A stretch of 24,000 nt of DNA from Candidatus Binataceae bacterium (GTDB lineage: Bacteria; Desulfobacterota; Binatia; Binatales; Binataceae): the NCBI GenBank assembly GCA_052145175.1, contig JBKQPD010000259.1, positions 25,972 through 49,971 of the forward strand, given 5' to 3'. Shown here in pieces: positions 10,327-18,580 of the stretch. A program made the position numbers and the translations under genes. The notes beneath the pieces are model-generated. The model had not been told where the DNA came from. It did no database searches and saw only the letters and a program-made list of their open reading frames with translations. Numbering within the stretch: position 1 is the first letter of the stretch; each line of letters starts with the position of its first letter.

Positions 10327-10755
10327 ATGGATCAGCCGCTCGAGCAAATCCTCAATCTGCTGCTCGAATCCGAGCGCGCCGGCGTGGCCGCCCTGGACGG
10401 GCTGGTCGCGCAAGTCGATCACGCCGATCTCAAGCGCTTGTTGCTGACTTCAAGGGAAGACGAAGCCGCCGACGCCACGGCCCTCGAACAATTGATTCGT
10501 GGCAGCGGCGGAACGCCCTCGCCCCAGACCGGTCCGTTTGCCGCCAAGGTCGCCGCGACCGGAACCTTGCGCGAACGCCTGCAGCTTCTGATCCACGGCG
10601 AGGAGTGGGTCGCGCGGAAAATCGAGGAGGCGCTCGCGCTGGCGCCGCCGGGCGGCCCGATTCACGACTGCCTGCAAAAGATGGCCCGACGCCATCGCTT
10701 CGAGGTCGAGTGGGGCCGCGCCGAGCTGATCCGTTTGATGGATACGGTTACTTGA
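10327..10755 (+). CDS. Hypothetical helical (ferritin-like four-helix-bundle, DUF6306-like) protein
   Basis: 142-aa ORF. The N-terminal LEQILNLLLESERAGVAAL resembles the DUF6306 signature as I remember it. The all-helical composition is plausible. No clear SD. Confidence 0.5.
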   Translation: MDQPLEQILNLLLESERAGVAALDGLVAQVDHADLKRLLLTSREDEAADATALEQLIRGSGGTPSPQTGPFAAKVAATGTLRERLQLLIHGEEWVARKIEEALALAPPGGPIHDCLQKMARRHRFEVEWGRAELIRLMDTVT

Positions 10756-10789
10756 GGATTCCTCTCATGTTTGACGTTGGAGCTCGCTG

Positions 10790-11980
10790 ATGGATCTCAG
10801 CTTCAGTCCCGAAGAAGAAAGTTTCCGCGCGCGCGTGCGCAAGTTTCTCACGGAAAATCTGCCGCCCGGATGGGGTGGCGCGGGCGGCCGTCCGGCCGGG
10901 ATGACCCAGCTCGAATTTCTGCGCGACTGGCAGCGGCGCCTCTACGACAATGGCTTCCTCGGGATGTCGTGGCCCAAGGAATACGGCGGGCAGGGCGCCA
11001 GTCAGATCGAGATGGCCATTTACAACGAAGAGAGCGCGCGGGTGCGCGCACCCGGGGCGCTCAACGCTATCGGCCTTTCGATGGTCGGGCCGACGATTAT
11101 TTCGCACGGCACGAAGGAGCAGAAGGAACGCTACCTGGCGAATATTCTGAGCGGTGAGGAAATCTGGTGCCAGGGCTACTCCGAACCCAATTCCGGATCG
11201 GACGTCGCGTCGTTGACCACGCGCGCGGAGCTCAAGGGCGACGAGTTCGTGGTCAACGGCCATAAGGTCTGGACGACGCTCGCCCATCTCGCGCAACAGT
11301 GCATGCTGATCGCGCGCACCGATGCCGCCGCGCCGAAGCATCGCGGTATCTCCTGCCTGCTGATCGACATGAAGACCCCGGGCATCACCGTCAAGCCGCT
11401 GCGCCAGATGACGGGCGAGGCGGAATTCAACGAGCTGTTCTTCGACGACGTTCATGTGCCGCGGGAAAATCTGCTTGGACCGCAGAATGAAGGCTGGCGC
11501 GTCGCCACCACGACCCTGATGAATGAGCGCGGCACGAGCGCGCTGGCCAGTGTGATGCGCTACCGGATCGTTTTCGACGAGATCGTCGATTTGGCGCGCA
11601 GTACGATGCGCCACGGGCGGCCGGCGACGCAGGATCCGGTGTTGCGCCAGCGGCTCGCGCAGTTCCATGTCGATCTCGAAATGATGCGCTTTACGGCTTA
11701 TCGCACCTTCTCGAAGATTCTGAAGGGAGGCGATCCCGGCCCGGTCGGCTCGATCTCCAAGCTCGCCTGGTCGGAGCTGAATCAGCGCATGATGGAATTC
11801 GTGATGGAGGTGGAGGGCCCGGCCAGCCAGTTGATGCGCGGGTCGGCGCACGCGGTGCAGAGCGGCCGCTGGCAGCATCATTTTTTGCGCTCGCGGGCCA
11901 ATACGATCGAAGCCGGCACGTCCGAAATCCAGCGCAACATTATCGCCGAGCGCGTGCTCGGCCTGCCCAAGTCGCGTTAA
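10790..11980 (+). CDS. Acyl-CoA dehydrogenase
   Basis: 396 aa. Motifs: MDLSFSPEEESFRARVRKFL, GYSEPNSGSDVASL, VVNGHKVWTT, and a C-terminal TIEAGTSEIQRNIIAERVLGLPK with the catalytic Glu context. GGAG lies upstream. Confidence 0.92.
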   Translation: MDLSFSPEEESFRARVRKFLTENLPPGWGGAGGRPAGMTQLEFLRDWQRRLYDNGFLGMSWPKEYGGQGASQIEMAIYNEESARVRAPGALNAIGLSMVGPTIISHGTKEQKERYLANILSGEEIWCQGYSEPNSGSDVASLTTRAELKGDEFVVNGHKVWTTLAHLAQQCMLIARTDAAAPKHRGISCLLIDMKTPGITVKPLRQMTGEAEFNELFFDDVHVPRENLLGPQNEGWRVATTTLMNERGTSALASVMRYRIVFDEIVDLARSTMRHGRPATQDPVLRQRLAQFHVDLEMMRFTAYRTFSKILKGGDPGPVGSISKLAWSELNQRMMEFVMEVEGPASQLMRGSAHAVQSGRWQHHFLRSRANTIEAGTSEIQRNIIAERVLGLPKSR

Positions 11981-12016
11981 CCGAGGCGCCGCAACGCCAA
12001 GGGTATAGGAGTCGCT

Positions 12017-12490
12017 ATGCCGTTCATGTCAATCAACGATCCCGAATTCTGGAAGAACTGTCCCAAGGGTCTGGAGCTGATTCCCAAGAGCATGGAAGGG
12101 ACGGGCGGCGGCGTCGCGTATTTTGTGATGGGCGAACCGCGGGACAACGCGCCCACCGTGGTTGCGCTGCGGATGGCGCCCAACTGGGTTTTGCCGCGTC
12201 ACGCGCACGATTGCTATCGCTTCGAAGTGATCGTGCAGGGCACGCTCGACGTTGGCGAGCGGATTCTTAAGGTGGGCGACGTGATGGTCAGCGAGCCGAA
12301 CACCTTTTACGGACCGCACGTGGCCGGTCCGGAAGGCTGCACCACATTCGAGATTTTCAGCAATCACGCGGCGTCGCATGAAGCGATACTTGATTTGGCC
12401 GGCAACGTGGTCAAATTCGATGTCTCCCGGCCCGGCGAGTTCCGCCGCATGATGGAGGCGCAGCAGGCCGTTCGCACGCAGACGGCCTGA
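12017..12490 (+). CDS. Cupin-domain protein
   Basis: 157 aa. Cupin motifs PRHAHDCYRFEVIVQG...GDVMVSEPNTFYGPH. AGGAG lies 4 nt upstream of the ATG. Confidence 0.75.
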   Translation: MPFMSINDPEFWKNCPKGLELIPKSMEGTGGGVAYFVMGEPRDNAPTVVALRMAPNWVLPRHAHDCYRFEVIVQGTLDVGERILKVGDVMVSEPNTFYGPHVAGPEGCTTFEIFSNHAASHEAILDLAGNVVKFDVSRPGEFRRMMEAQQAVRTQTA

Positions 12491-12493
12491 CGC

Positions 12494-12519
12494 TCAGCGC
12501 GAGCTTCTCCGCGCGCTGA
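12494..12519. terminator. Hairpin between convergent genes (TCAGCGCG 12494-12501 / CGCGCTGA 12512-12519, 10-nt loop)
   Basis: Read from the sequence. It sits in the 29-nt gap between the cupin stop and the CMD-family stop. There is no clear U-tract. Confidence 0.35.
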
Positions 12520-13128
12520 TTAGGCTTTGGCGGCGGGGGCGGGAACCTCGCGCATCCGCGCGGTCGTGTCGTTGTCGTATTCCAGATGCAAGGCGCGCAC
12601 GACCATCCCGTGCATCCGCCAGGTCGCGATTACGAAGATCAGCTCCATGATTTGCGCGTCGCTGAAATGACGTTTCAGTGCGGCGAAAGTCGCGTCCTCG
12701 ATCAGGTTGCGGCCGACCAGCTCGTCCGTCGCGGCCATCACGGCCCGGTCGGTAGCGTCGAACAGGTCGGAGGTCGCCCAGCCCTTGATTGCTTCCAGTT
12801 GCTCCTCGGCTATCCCGACCATCCGCGCGACTTTGAGATGCTGCGAGTACTCGAACCGCGAATCACCAACGATTCCGGTGCGCAGGATCGCGAGTTCGCG
12901 ATAGCGCGGCTTCAGGACGCGCCCCGGCTGCAAGAGGGCGAACAACGAATCGTAGGACATCTTCAGGATGTCGGGTACCAGGGCGAAGGTCGTCCAATAA
13001 TCCCCCGGTGTACCGGTAGGTGTTCCCGGCGCGGCGACCGGATCGCGCTCGCCGAAGAATTGCGAGTAAATCTTGCGAATCTCAGGCGATGCTTCGGTGA
13101 GGCTGACCTGCTTGAGCCGATTCCCCAT
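12520..13128 (-). CDS. Carboxymuconolactone decarboxylase (CMD/AhpD-like) family protein
   Basis: 202 aa. RELAILRTGIVGDSRFEYSQHLKVARMVGIAEEQLEAI is a typical CMD-domain helix pattern. GGAGGG lies upstream of the ATG. Confidence 0.75.
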   Translation of the reverse strand: MGNRLKQVSLTEASPEIRKIYSQFFGERDPVAAPGTPTGTPGDYWTTFALVPDILKMSYDSLFALLQPGRVLKPRYRELAILRTGIVGDSRFEYSQHLKVARMVGIAEEQLEAIKGWATSDLFDATDRAVMAATDELVGRNLIEDATFAALKRHFSDAQIMELIFVIATWRMHGMVVRALHLEYDNDTTARMREVPAPAAKA

Positions 13129-13213
13129 GACGATCCCTCCGCTGTGATGTGGCCGATGCAGCCCGACCCTTCCACAGGACGGCGCTCAGCTCAAGCGGAC
13201 GGGAGGGGGCGCG

Positions 13214-13507
13214 TCAGGAACCCGGGGTGGCGGTCCGTTTGCGCCATTCGGTCTCGGCGATTTCACCGCGCGCCAGGGCGCAGCAGTCGGGGCACAGCAG
13301 GACCAGGGATTCCGGACTCACGCGCCCTTCGTGAGCCTCTTCCCGCTGAAACAGTGGGGCCAGGCGGCGCGACCCCGAAGCCGGACGCGAGCACAGCTCG
13401 CATTGCAACCACGAGGGCGGGGTCTTTTCGAGCACCGCGTTCGATCCGATCCCGGTCTGAACCCGATCACTCGCCGGAACTTCTGCGCCAGGCTTGGGAG
13501 AAAGCAT
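13214..13507 (-). CDS. Small Cys-rich hypothetical protein (CxxC ... CPDCC; zinc-ribbon or degenerate HNH-like)
   Basis: 97-aa ORF in an otherwise empty 530-bp gap. Third-codon positions are strongly G/C-biased over most of its length, which favours coding. Motifs: LQCELCSRP...AHEGRVSPESLVLLCPDCCALARGE. No SD lies before the first ATG, so the start is uncertain. Confidence 0.3.
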   Translation of the reverse strand: MLSPKPGAEVPASDRVQTGIGSNAVLEKTPPSWLQCELCSRPASGSRRLAPLFQREEAHEGRVSPESLVLLCPDCCALARGEIAETEWRKRTATPGS

Positions 13508-13635
13508 AAAAGGAACTAACAGCAGCTTGCATGCCGTGCCACCGATCGGTCAAGACAATATTTAGTGACGCTTATCCGTCGACTGCGCCGTCTCGACATG
13601 CAAACTGCTGTTGCGTTTCTGTAACAGTGTTACCT

Positions 13636-13655
13636 AATCCGCGCCAACGCGGATT
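13636..13655 (-). terminator. Stem-loop AATCCGCG-ccaa-CGCGGATT immediately 3' of the racemase gene
   Basis: 8-bp perfect stem with a 4-nt loop, starting 5 nt after the stop at 13660. There is no U-tract. An adjacent palindrome GTAACAgTGTTAC lies at 13621-13633. Confidence 0.35.
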
Positions 13656-13659
13656 GTGT

Positions 13660-14814
13660 TCAGTCCTTCGGCGTGGCGATCGCCCCGCAGCCGCGAAGCT
13701 GTTCGAGGTCCGTCGCGCTGAAACCCCAGTCGCGCAGCGCCTCCTCCGTATGCTCACCCGGCCGGGCCGGCGGCCGTTGAATCGCGCCGGGAGTCCGGCT
13801 GAAGCGCGGCGCCGGCGCCGGCTGGACCACGCCGTCCCGTTCGACGAAGGTTCCGCGCAGCTTGTTATGCGGATGATGGGGCGCCTCGGCCATGCTCAGC
13901 ACCGGCGCGAAGCAGATGTCGCTGCCCTCCATGATCTTGCACCACGCGTCGCGCGTTTTGGTGCGGAACAGTGTGGCGACCCGCTCCTTCATCTGGGGCC
14001 ACGCCTTGCGGTCATTCTGCGGCGCCAATTCCTCTTTCTTCAGTCCCGAGAGCCTGAGCAGTTCGTCGTAGAACTTGCCTTCGATCGAGCCGATCGAGAC
14101 ATACTTGCCGTCGCTGGTCTCGTAGACGTCGTAATAGTGGGCGCCGGTATCGAGCACGTTCGCGCCGCGCTCGTCGGTCCAGAAGCCGGCCCCGTGCATC
14201 CCATAGATGGCGGTCATCAGAGACGCGGCGCCGTCGACCATGGCGGCGTCGATTACCTGACCCTTACCCGATTTTTGCGTTTCGAGCAGGCCGGTCACCA
14301 CGCCGAAGGCGAGGTACATCGCGCCGCCGCCAAAATCGCCAACCAGGTTGAGTGGAGGGACGGGCGCCTGACCGCGCCGGCCAATCGTGTTCAACGCGCC
14401 CGACAGCGCGATATAGTTGATGTCGTGGCCGGCGGCTGCGGCGAGCGGGCCTTCCTGACCCCAACCGGTCATCCGGCCGTAAACCAGACGCGGATTGCGG
14501 CCGAGGCAGACGTCCGGTCCGATGCCCAGCCGTTCCATCACGCCGGGACGAAAGCCCTCGATTAGGGCGTCGGCGCGCTCCACGAGCCGCAGGACGGTGG
14601 CGATTGCCTCGGGCCGTTTCAGGTCGAGCGCGATCGAGCGACGGCCGCGATTAAGCAGGCTGTACTTGGTCTGCAACGAGATCCCGAGCCCCGCGTCGGC
14701 CGTGCGATCGATCCGCAGCACTTCCGCGCCCAGATCCGCCAGCAGCATCGCGCACATCGGCGCCGGTCCGATCCCGGCAAGCTCGATTATCTTGTAACCG
14801 TTGAGCGGTCCCAT
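13660..14814 (-). CDS. mcr: Alpha-methylacyl-CoA racemase (family III CoA-transferase fold)
   Basis: 384 aa. [64 protein letters not shown] and [16 protein letters not shown] are colinear with M. tuberculosis MCR, including the catalytic His (GHDINY) and Asp (GDFGGG) contexts. GAGGTG lies upstream. Confidence 0.85.
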   Translation of the reverse strand: MGPLNGYKIIELAGIGPAPMCAMLLADLGAEVLRIDRTADAGLGISLQTKYSLLNRGRRSIALDLKRPEAIATVLRLVERADALIEGFRPGVMERLGIGPDVCLGRNPRLVYGRMTGWGQEGPLAAAAGHDINYIALSGALNTIGRRGQAPVPPLNLVGDFGGGAMYLAFGVVTGLLETQKSGKGQVIDAAMVDGAASLMTAIYGMHGAGFWTDERGANVLDTGAHYYDVYETSDGKYVSIGSIEGKFYDELLRLSGLKKEELAPQNDRKAWPQMKERVATLFRTKTRDAWCKIMEGSDICFAPVLSMAEAPHHPHNKLRGTFVERDGVVQPAPAPRFSRTPGAIQRPPARPGEHTEEALRDWGFSATDLEQLRGCGAIATPKD

Positions 14815-14921
14815 GATTCACCTCGACTGGTTTCGCAGCAATTTTCCGCATCCAACCTTAGCATAAGAGCGTAAGAGCAAAAGGGGCGCGGGTGTACACC
14901 CGGCAACTGCGTTCGTCAGCT

Positions 14922-15434
14922 TCAGGGCGAGCCGTTGCCGGAAGCCGGCGCGGCAGTGGCGTGTTGGTAGATTATCGCGACGGCGTTGAGAATCCGGCCT
15001 TTGTGCCCCTCTTCGCCAACCTCGGCATCGTGTTCGCTCGAGCTGTCATCGGCGCCGCCCTCCGCTCCGGCGCCCTTGCCCCCCAACGGTTTGCCACGCT
15101 GCTGCCGCTGGTCCTCGAGCACCACCAGGGCGTCGGCGCCGGTTTCACAGGCCTTGCGCCGAGCCAGACCGTAGATTTCCTGGTTGTCCGCATTGTAATC
15201 ATCGCTGACCTCGATGATCGCAATCTCCTGATAGTCGGCATTCGGCAGCGCGGACAGCGTCGGTAGCGGACAATCGAAGGGTTTCGCGGCGCGGGTTCGC
15301 GGCGCGAGCCAGCTCACCGTGGTCTCCGGAGGATCCTTCTGCGCCGCGCAGCTCGACAGCGTCGCGATGATCGCGGCAATCGCCGCTCCGCTAATCCACT
15401 TGGCCGCCTTACTGATCGCGCACCGTGTTTTCAT
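14922..15434 (-). CDS. Small lipoprotein (hypothetical)
   Basis: The internal ATG at 15434 gives MKTRCAISKAAKWISGAAIAAIIATLSSC with lipobox LSS|C. The 70-aa upstream extension in the track has no signal-peptide logic. The mature part has an acidic, Gly-rich insert. Confidence 0.65.
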   Translation of the reverse strand: MKTRCAISKAAKWISGAAIAAIIATLSSCAAQKDPPETTVSWLAPRTRAAKPFDCPLPTLSALPNADYQEIAIIEVSDDYNADNQEIYGLARRKACETGADALVVLEDQRQQRGKPLGGKGAGAEGGADDSSSEHDAEVGEEGHKGRILNAVAIIYQHATAAPASGNGSP

Positions 15435-15548
15435 CGAGCTTCCCGCGGGTGTGAACCGCCCCTTGTCCGCATGCATAGAAGGAAAAGATCGCATACGTTG
15501 AATCGTTATAGTAGAGCGTTTACAAACTAGCGGAGCGAGACGGGATAC

Positions 15549-15577
15549 TTGACGCTCGATCGCAGGTCGATCATAAC
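15549..15577 (+). promoter_or_regulatory. Candidate sigma70-like promoter for the LLM oxidoreductase gene (-35 TTGACG, 17-nt spacer, -10 CATAAC)
   Basis: Hexamer match only. It lies about 80 nt upstream of the ATG at 15656, in the divergent intergenic region. Confidence 0.25.
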
Positions 15578-15655
15578 GCTGAGGGTGGCGGTCGTGCGCG
15601 GTCGGGCTCAGGGTCGTCGCGGACAACGGGCAAAACTCTGACAAAAAGGAAACTC

Positions 15656-16729
15656 ATGAACTTCGGACTGCTGATGGCGTTTCGGAACCCGCCACCAACC
15701 AAGACGCCGTTCACGGAAATCTATGGTAAGCATCTCGACCTTGCGGTGGAAGCCGAGGAGTTGGGCTACGATTCGATTTGGCTGACTGAGCATCACTTTG
15801 TCGACGACGGTTACTCGCCGTCATTGCTGCCGATCGCCGCCGCGATCGCCGCCCGCACGAAGAAAATCCGTATCGGCACCTTCGTTATTTTGCTGCCGCT
15901 GCACAATCCGATTCGAATCGCGGAGGACGCCGCGACCGTGGACATCCTTTCCAACGGCCGTCTCGACCTCGGTTTCGGCCAAGGGTATCGGGTGCCGGAA
16001 TTCACCGGCTTCAATATTGCGCGGAAGGAGCGCGGTCCGCGGCTCGAGGAGAACGCGGAAATCGTGCGGCGGCTCTTCACCGAAAAGAATCTCAGCTTCA
16101 ACGGCCGTTTCAACCAGATTGCCGGCGCGACCCTGACGCCGGGTGCGGTCCAGCGTCCCCATCCGCCGATCTGGCTGGCGGCGCGCGGGCCCAAATCGAT
16201 CGCGCGGGCGGCGCGCAACGGTTACCATCTGATGGGCACCGGCGGCGTCGATCAGCAGCAGACGTACGACGCGGCGCTGCGCGAAGCCGGCCGGAATCCC
16301 AAGGATTACCATATCGCCCAGCTACGCACAGTGTTTGTCGCGCCGCGCCGCGCGGCCGCCTGGGACGCCGCGGAAGCCGGGGCACACTACATCATGAGCT
16401 GTTATGGCAAATGGTTTGCCGAGGCGAACGATCTGCCGGGCGACGCCGGCTTCGCCGCGAACCTCCCGCCGGTCAAAAAGCTGCGTGACGCGGAAACCGC
16501 GGCGCTGTTCGGTGAGCCGCTGATTATCGGCACGCCGGACGAGGCGATCACGATGATCGAGGATTATCAGGCGCGCAGCCGCGTCACTCATCTCGTGATG
16601 GCGACCGTGCTGCCCAAGACCGATTTCAAAAAGGCGAGCGCAAGTCTGCGGCTCTTCGCCAAAGAGGTGATGCCGCATTTTCGCCGCAAGGCCCGCGCGC
16701 AGGCGCGCCCCAAACGTGCCTCCCGCTAG
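15656..16729 (+). CDS. LLM-class (luciferase-like) flavin/F420-dependent oxidoreductase
   Basis: 357 aa. MNFGLLMAF...AEELGYDSIWLTEHHF...RLDLGFGQGY...PHPPIWLAA is a typical luciferase-like monooxygenase family pattern. AAGGAA lies upstream. Confidence 0.88.
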   Translation: MNFGLLMAFRNPPPTKTPFTEIYGKHLDLAVEAEELGYDSIWLTEHHFVDDGYSPSLLPIAAAIAARTKKIRIGTFVILLPLHNPIRIAEDAATVDILSNGRLDLGFGQGYRVPEFTGFNIARKERGPRLEENAEIVRRLFTEKNLSFNGRFNQIAGATLTPGAVQRPHPPIWLAARGPKSIARAARNGYHLMGTGGVDQQQTYDAALREAGRNPKDYHIAQLRTVFVAPRRAAAWDAAEAGAHYIMSCYGKWFAEANDLPGDAGFAANLPPVKKLRDAETAALFGEPLIIGTPDEAITMIEDYQARSRVTHLVMATVLPKTDFKKASASLRLFAKEVMPHFRRKARAQARPKRASR

Positions 16730-17189
16730 CCGGGTCGGGAACGCTCCGCCGTCGCGGGTGCTTTCCCGCGCGCTCGCGACACTGGGTGCGGCGCTGCTGA
16801 TGAGCCTCCTCGCGGCCTGCTCGTCCGAAGTTGAACCGCAAGAGCCGCCGCCGCAGCCGCAGCAGGCGATCATCAAGGTGCCCGACAAGGCGCTGGACCG
16901 CGAGCGTCTCCAGGTCCAGACGGGCAATCTTGCGCTGCCCTATGATCAACTGGGCGAACTCGAGTACACCGAGCCATTTTCGCCACGGGCGATCGACGAC
17001 GACTATATCGACGACAAGCTGCGGGCGATGGCGATGCAAAGGTGGGGCAATCAGGTTGACGCGGTTATTGACGTCAAGACCGCGCTCAGTTCCGACGAGA
17101 GTGAGGTGAGCGTGACGGCGCAGGCCGTCAAGGTCCGCGGCGATTGCTCGTTCTGCCGCCATCAAGGTGGCTATCCGACCGGCCAGTGA
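16716..17189 (+). CDS. Small lipoprotein (hypothetical)
   Basis: Signal peptide with lipobox LAA|C (LSRALATLGAALLMSLLAACSSE). The start is GTG 16716, which overlaps the LLM gene by 14 nt, or in-frame GTG 16758. The core resembles the 14922-15434 lipoprotein. Confidence 0.6.
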   Translation: MPPASRVGNAPPSRVLSRALATLGAALLMSLLAACSSEVEPQEPPPQPQQAIIKVPDKALDRERLQVQTGNLALPYDQLGELEYTEPFSPRAIDDDYIDDKLRAMAMQRWGNQVDAVIDVKTALSSDESEVSVTAQAVKVRGDCSFCRHQGGYPTGQ

Positions 17190-17197
17190 CGAAGTTC

Positions 17198-17671
17198 TTA
17201 TTTCGCGGGAGTGTCTTTGGCGGAGCGTTTGGCAGCCGCCCGCCGGCGTGCGTAAACCGCCGGATCGGCGAGCGGAGAATGGCTGTGCTGATGTGCCGGG
17301 GTCTTTTCGACGGGCGTTCCGCGCTTTTGCTGCTGGTCCGTCCGTGCCGCGACGGTGTCGTCGTATTCCGCCCCCCGACCGTGCAGGTAGGCCGCATAGC
17401 GCGAGGTCGTTGGTTGATCCATCCAGCAGAGTTGCGCCGGCGGTGGCACCCTCAAGCGCGTCACATCCGACCGGGTTGCCGCCGACGGCGCGGGTGGGGC
17501 TTCGCGCGTAGCCGCATCCCCGCCGCGGCCGAAGACCACGGCTGACAGCATCCGCCGCGCGCGCCGGCCGCATCCGGGACACGGATGGCTCCTGGTGGCC
17601 GACTCGCGCAACGACGCGAGTACCTCAAACGTTGCGTCGCAATGCCCGCAATAGCACTCGTAGAGTGGCAT
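17198..17671 (-). CDS. FmdB-family zinc-ribbon protein with a long C-terminal extension
   Basis: The ATG at 17671 gives MPLYECYCGHCDATFEVL...HPCPGCG, the FmdB/CxxC-CxxC signature. It starts 11 nt after the lactonase stop. At about 157 aa it is longer than the usual 70-110 aa. Confidence 0.7.
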   Translation of the reverse strand: MPLYECYCGHCDATFEVLASLRESATRSHPCPGCGRRARRMLSAVVFGRGGDAATREAPPAPSAATRSDVTRLRVPPPAQLCWMDQPTTSRYAAYLHGRGAEYDDTVAARTDQQQKRGTPVEKTPAHQHSHSPLADPAVYARRRAAAKRSAKDTPAK

Positions 17672-17682
17672 TCGATGAAATA

Positions 17683-18453
17683 TCAGTCGATGCGGTGTGG
17701 ATGTTCCTTCCAGTCCTCGGGGTCGTGCGTGATCCACATCGTCGCGCCCTGCATATCGCGGATCATCTTGATGCGCTGGAGCGACCTGATCGACTGGGTC
17801 GGATCATAGTCGATACCCATTGTCGCCCCGTTCTCCACCGCGGCGCGCAGATGCGCGGTGTCGCCGGTCAGCAGGAACTTGCGATTGGGCAGATTGACCA
17901 GCACCGAGCATTCGCCGGGCGTATGACCAGGGGTCAGCAGAAACTGGATCGCGCCGTCGCCGAACAAGTCGAAATCCCCTGCGAGCTCCAACCAGTCGTA
18001 ACCGCGCGTCGGCAGGAAATCGTTCAGGATAAACCCCCAGCGCCGATCGGGATCGGGCCAGTAGGCGTAACGCAGTTCATTCGCGCCAACCAGGAACTTG
18101 GCCTTGGGAAAATAGGTGAGGCCGCCCGAGTGATCGAGATGGGAGTGCGAGAGGATGACGTACTTGATATCGGAGGTCTTGTAGCCGACCCCTTCGATCT
18201 GCTTGTCGAGCGTATCGGCCTTGTTCCATTTGACGGGCAGGGCCTGCGCCACTTCACCCCAGTAGCCCACGGCGTCATCGATGATTTTGGCGTTGCAGCC
18301 GGTATCGAACAGCACCAAGCCCTTCGGATGTTCGATCAGGAACGAGGGACAGGGCAGTTGCAGCAGTTCATCGCTCCCGCCGTGCATCAGAAGTGACGCC
18401 GGAGCGGTCAGTTCCGCGCCCGGCAGCGCCCACATTTTTTTTGCTGTCGCCAT
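17683..18453 (-). CDS. MBL-fold lactonase (N-acyl-homoserine-lactonase / 4-pyridoxolactonase-like family)
   Basis: 256 aa. Metallo-beta-lactamase motifs SHSHLDHSGG (HxHxDH), TPGHTPG, TGDTAH and ITHD. GGAGA lies 8 nt upstream of the ATG. Confidence 0.85.
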   Translation of the reverse strand: MATAKKMWALPGAELTAPASLLMHGGSDELLQLPCPSFLIEHPKGLVLFDTGCNAKIIDDAVGYWGEVAQALPVKWNKADTLDKQIEGVGYKTSDIKYVILSHSHLDHSGGLTYFPKAKFLVGANELRYAYWPDPDRRWGFILNDFLPTRGYDWLELAGDFDLFGDGAIQFLLTPGHTPGECSVLVNLPNRKFLLTGDTAHLRAAVENGATMGIDYDPTQSIRSLQRIKMIRDMQGATMWITHDPEDWKEHPHRID

Positions 18454-18580
18454 GGGGAATCTCCGTTGCTTGTTGCGACGACTGCCTCGCCTGCCGAGGC
18501 CCAGCGCCGTGGCCGTGGTTCGGCATATCTCTAACTGTCAGAAGATCAATTTGCAACCGGCGCAGCCAAACCCTGACCGC

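Noticed and set aside
10748-11881. 377-aa minus-strand ORF
   Set aside because: It is antisense to the acyl-CoA dehydrogenase gene. It is Arg/His/Ala-rich and has no domain signature.
12586-13509. 307-aa plus-strand ORF spanning the CMD gene and the gap
   Set aside because: It is antisense to the well-supported CMD-family gene. It is Arg/Pro/Gly-rich low complexity and has no SD.
13531-14565. 344-aa plus-strand ORF
   Set aside because: It is antisense to the alpha-methylacyl-CoA racemase gene, which has catalytic-motif support.
14889-14902. 14-bp perfect palindrome CGGGTGTACACCCG 20 nt downstream of the lipoprotein stop, considered as a terminator or operator
   Set aside because: It has effectively only a 5-bp stem once a 4-nt loop is allowed. 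The T-rich run on the minus strand starts 6 nt away. This is too weak to call.
16626-17582. 318-aa minus-strand ORF
   Set aside because: It overlaps the LLM 3' end, the whole plus-strand lipoprotein gene and, out of frame, the FmdB gene. It is extremely Arg/Ala/Gly-rich and has no motifs.
17632-18396. 254-aa plus-strand ORF
   Set aside because: It is antisense to the MBL-fold lactonase, which carries the HxHxDH metal-binding motif.
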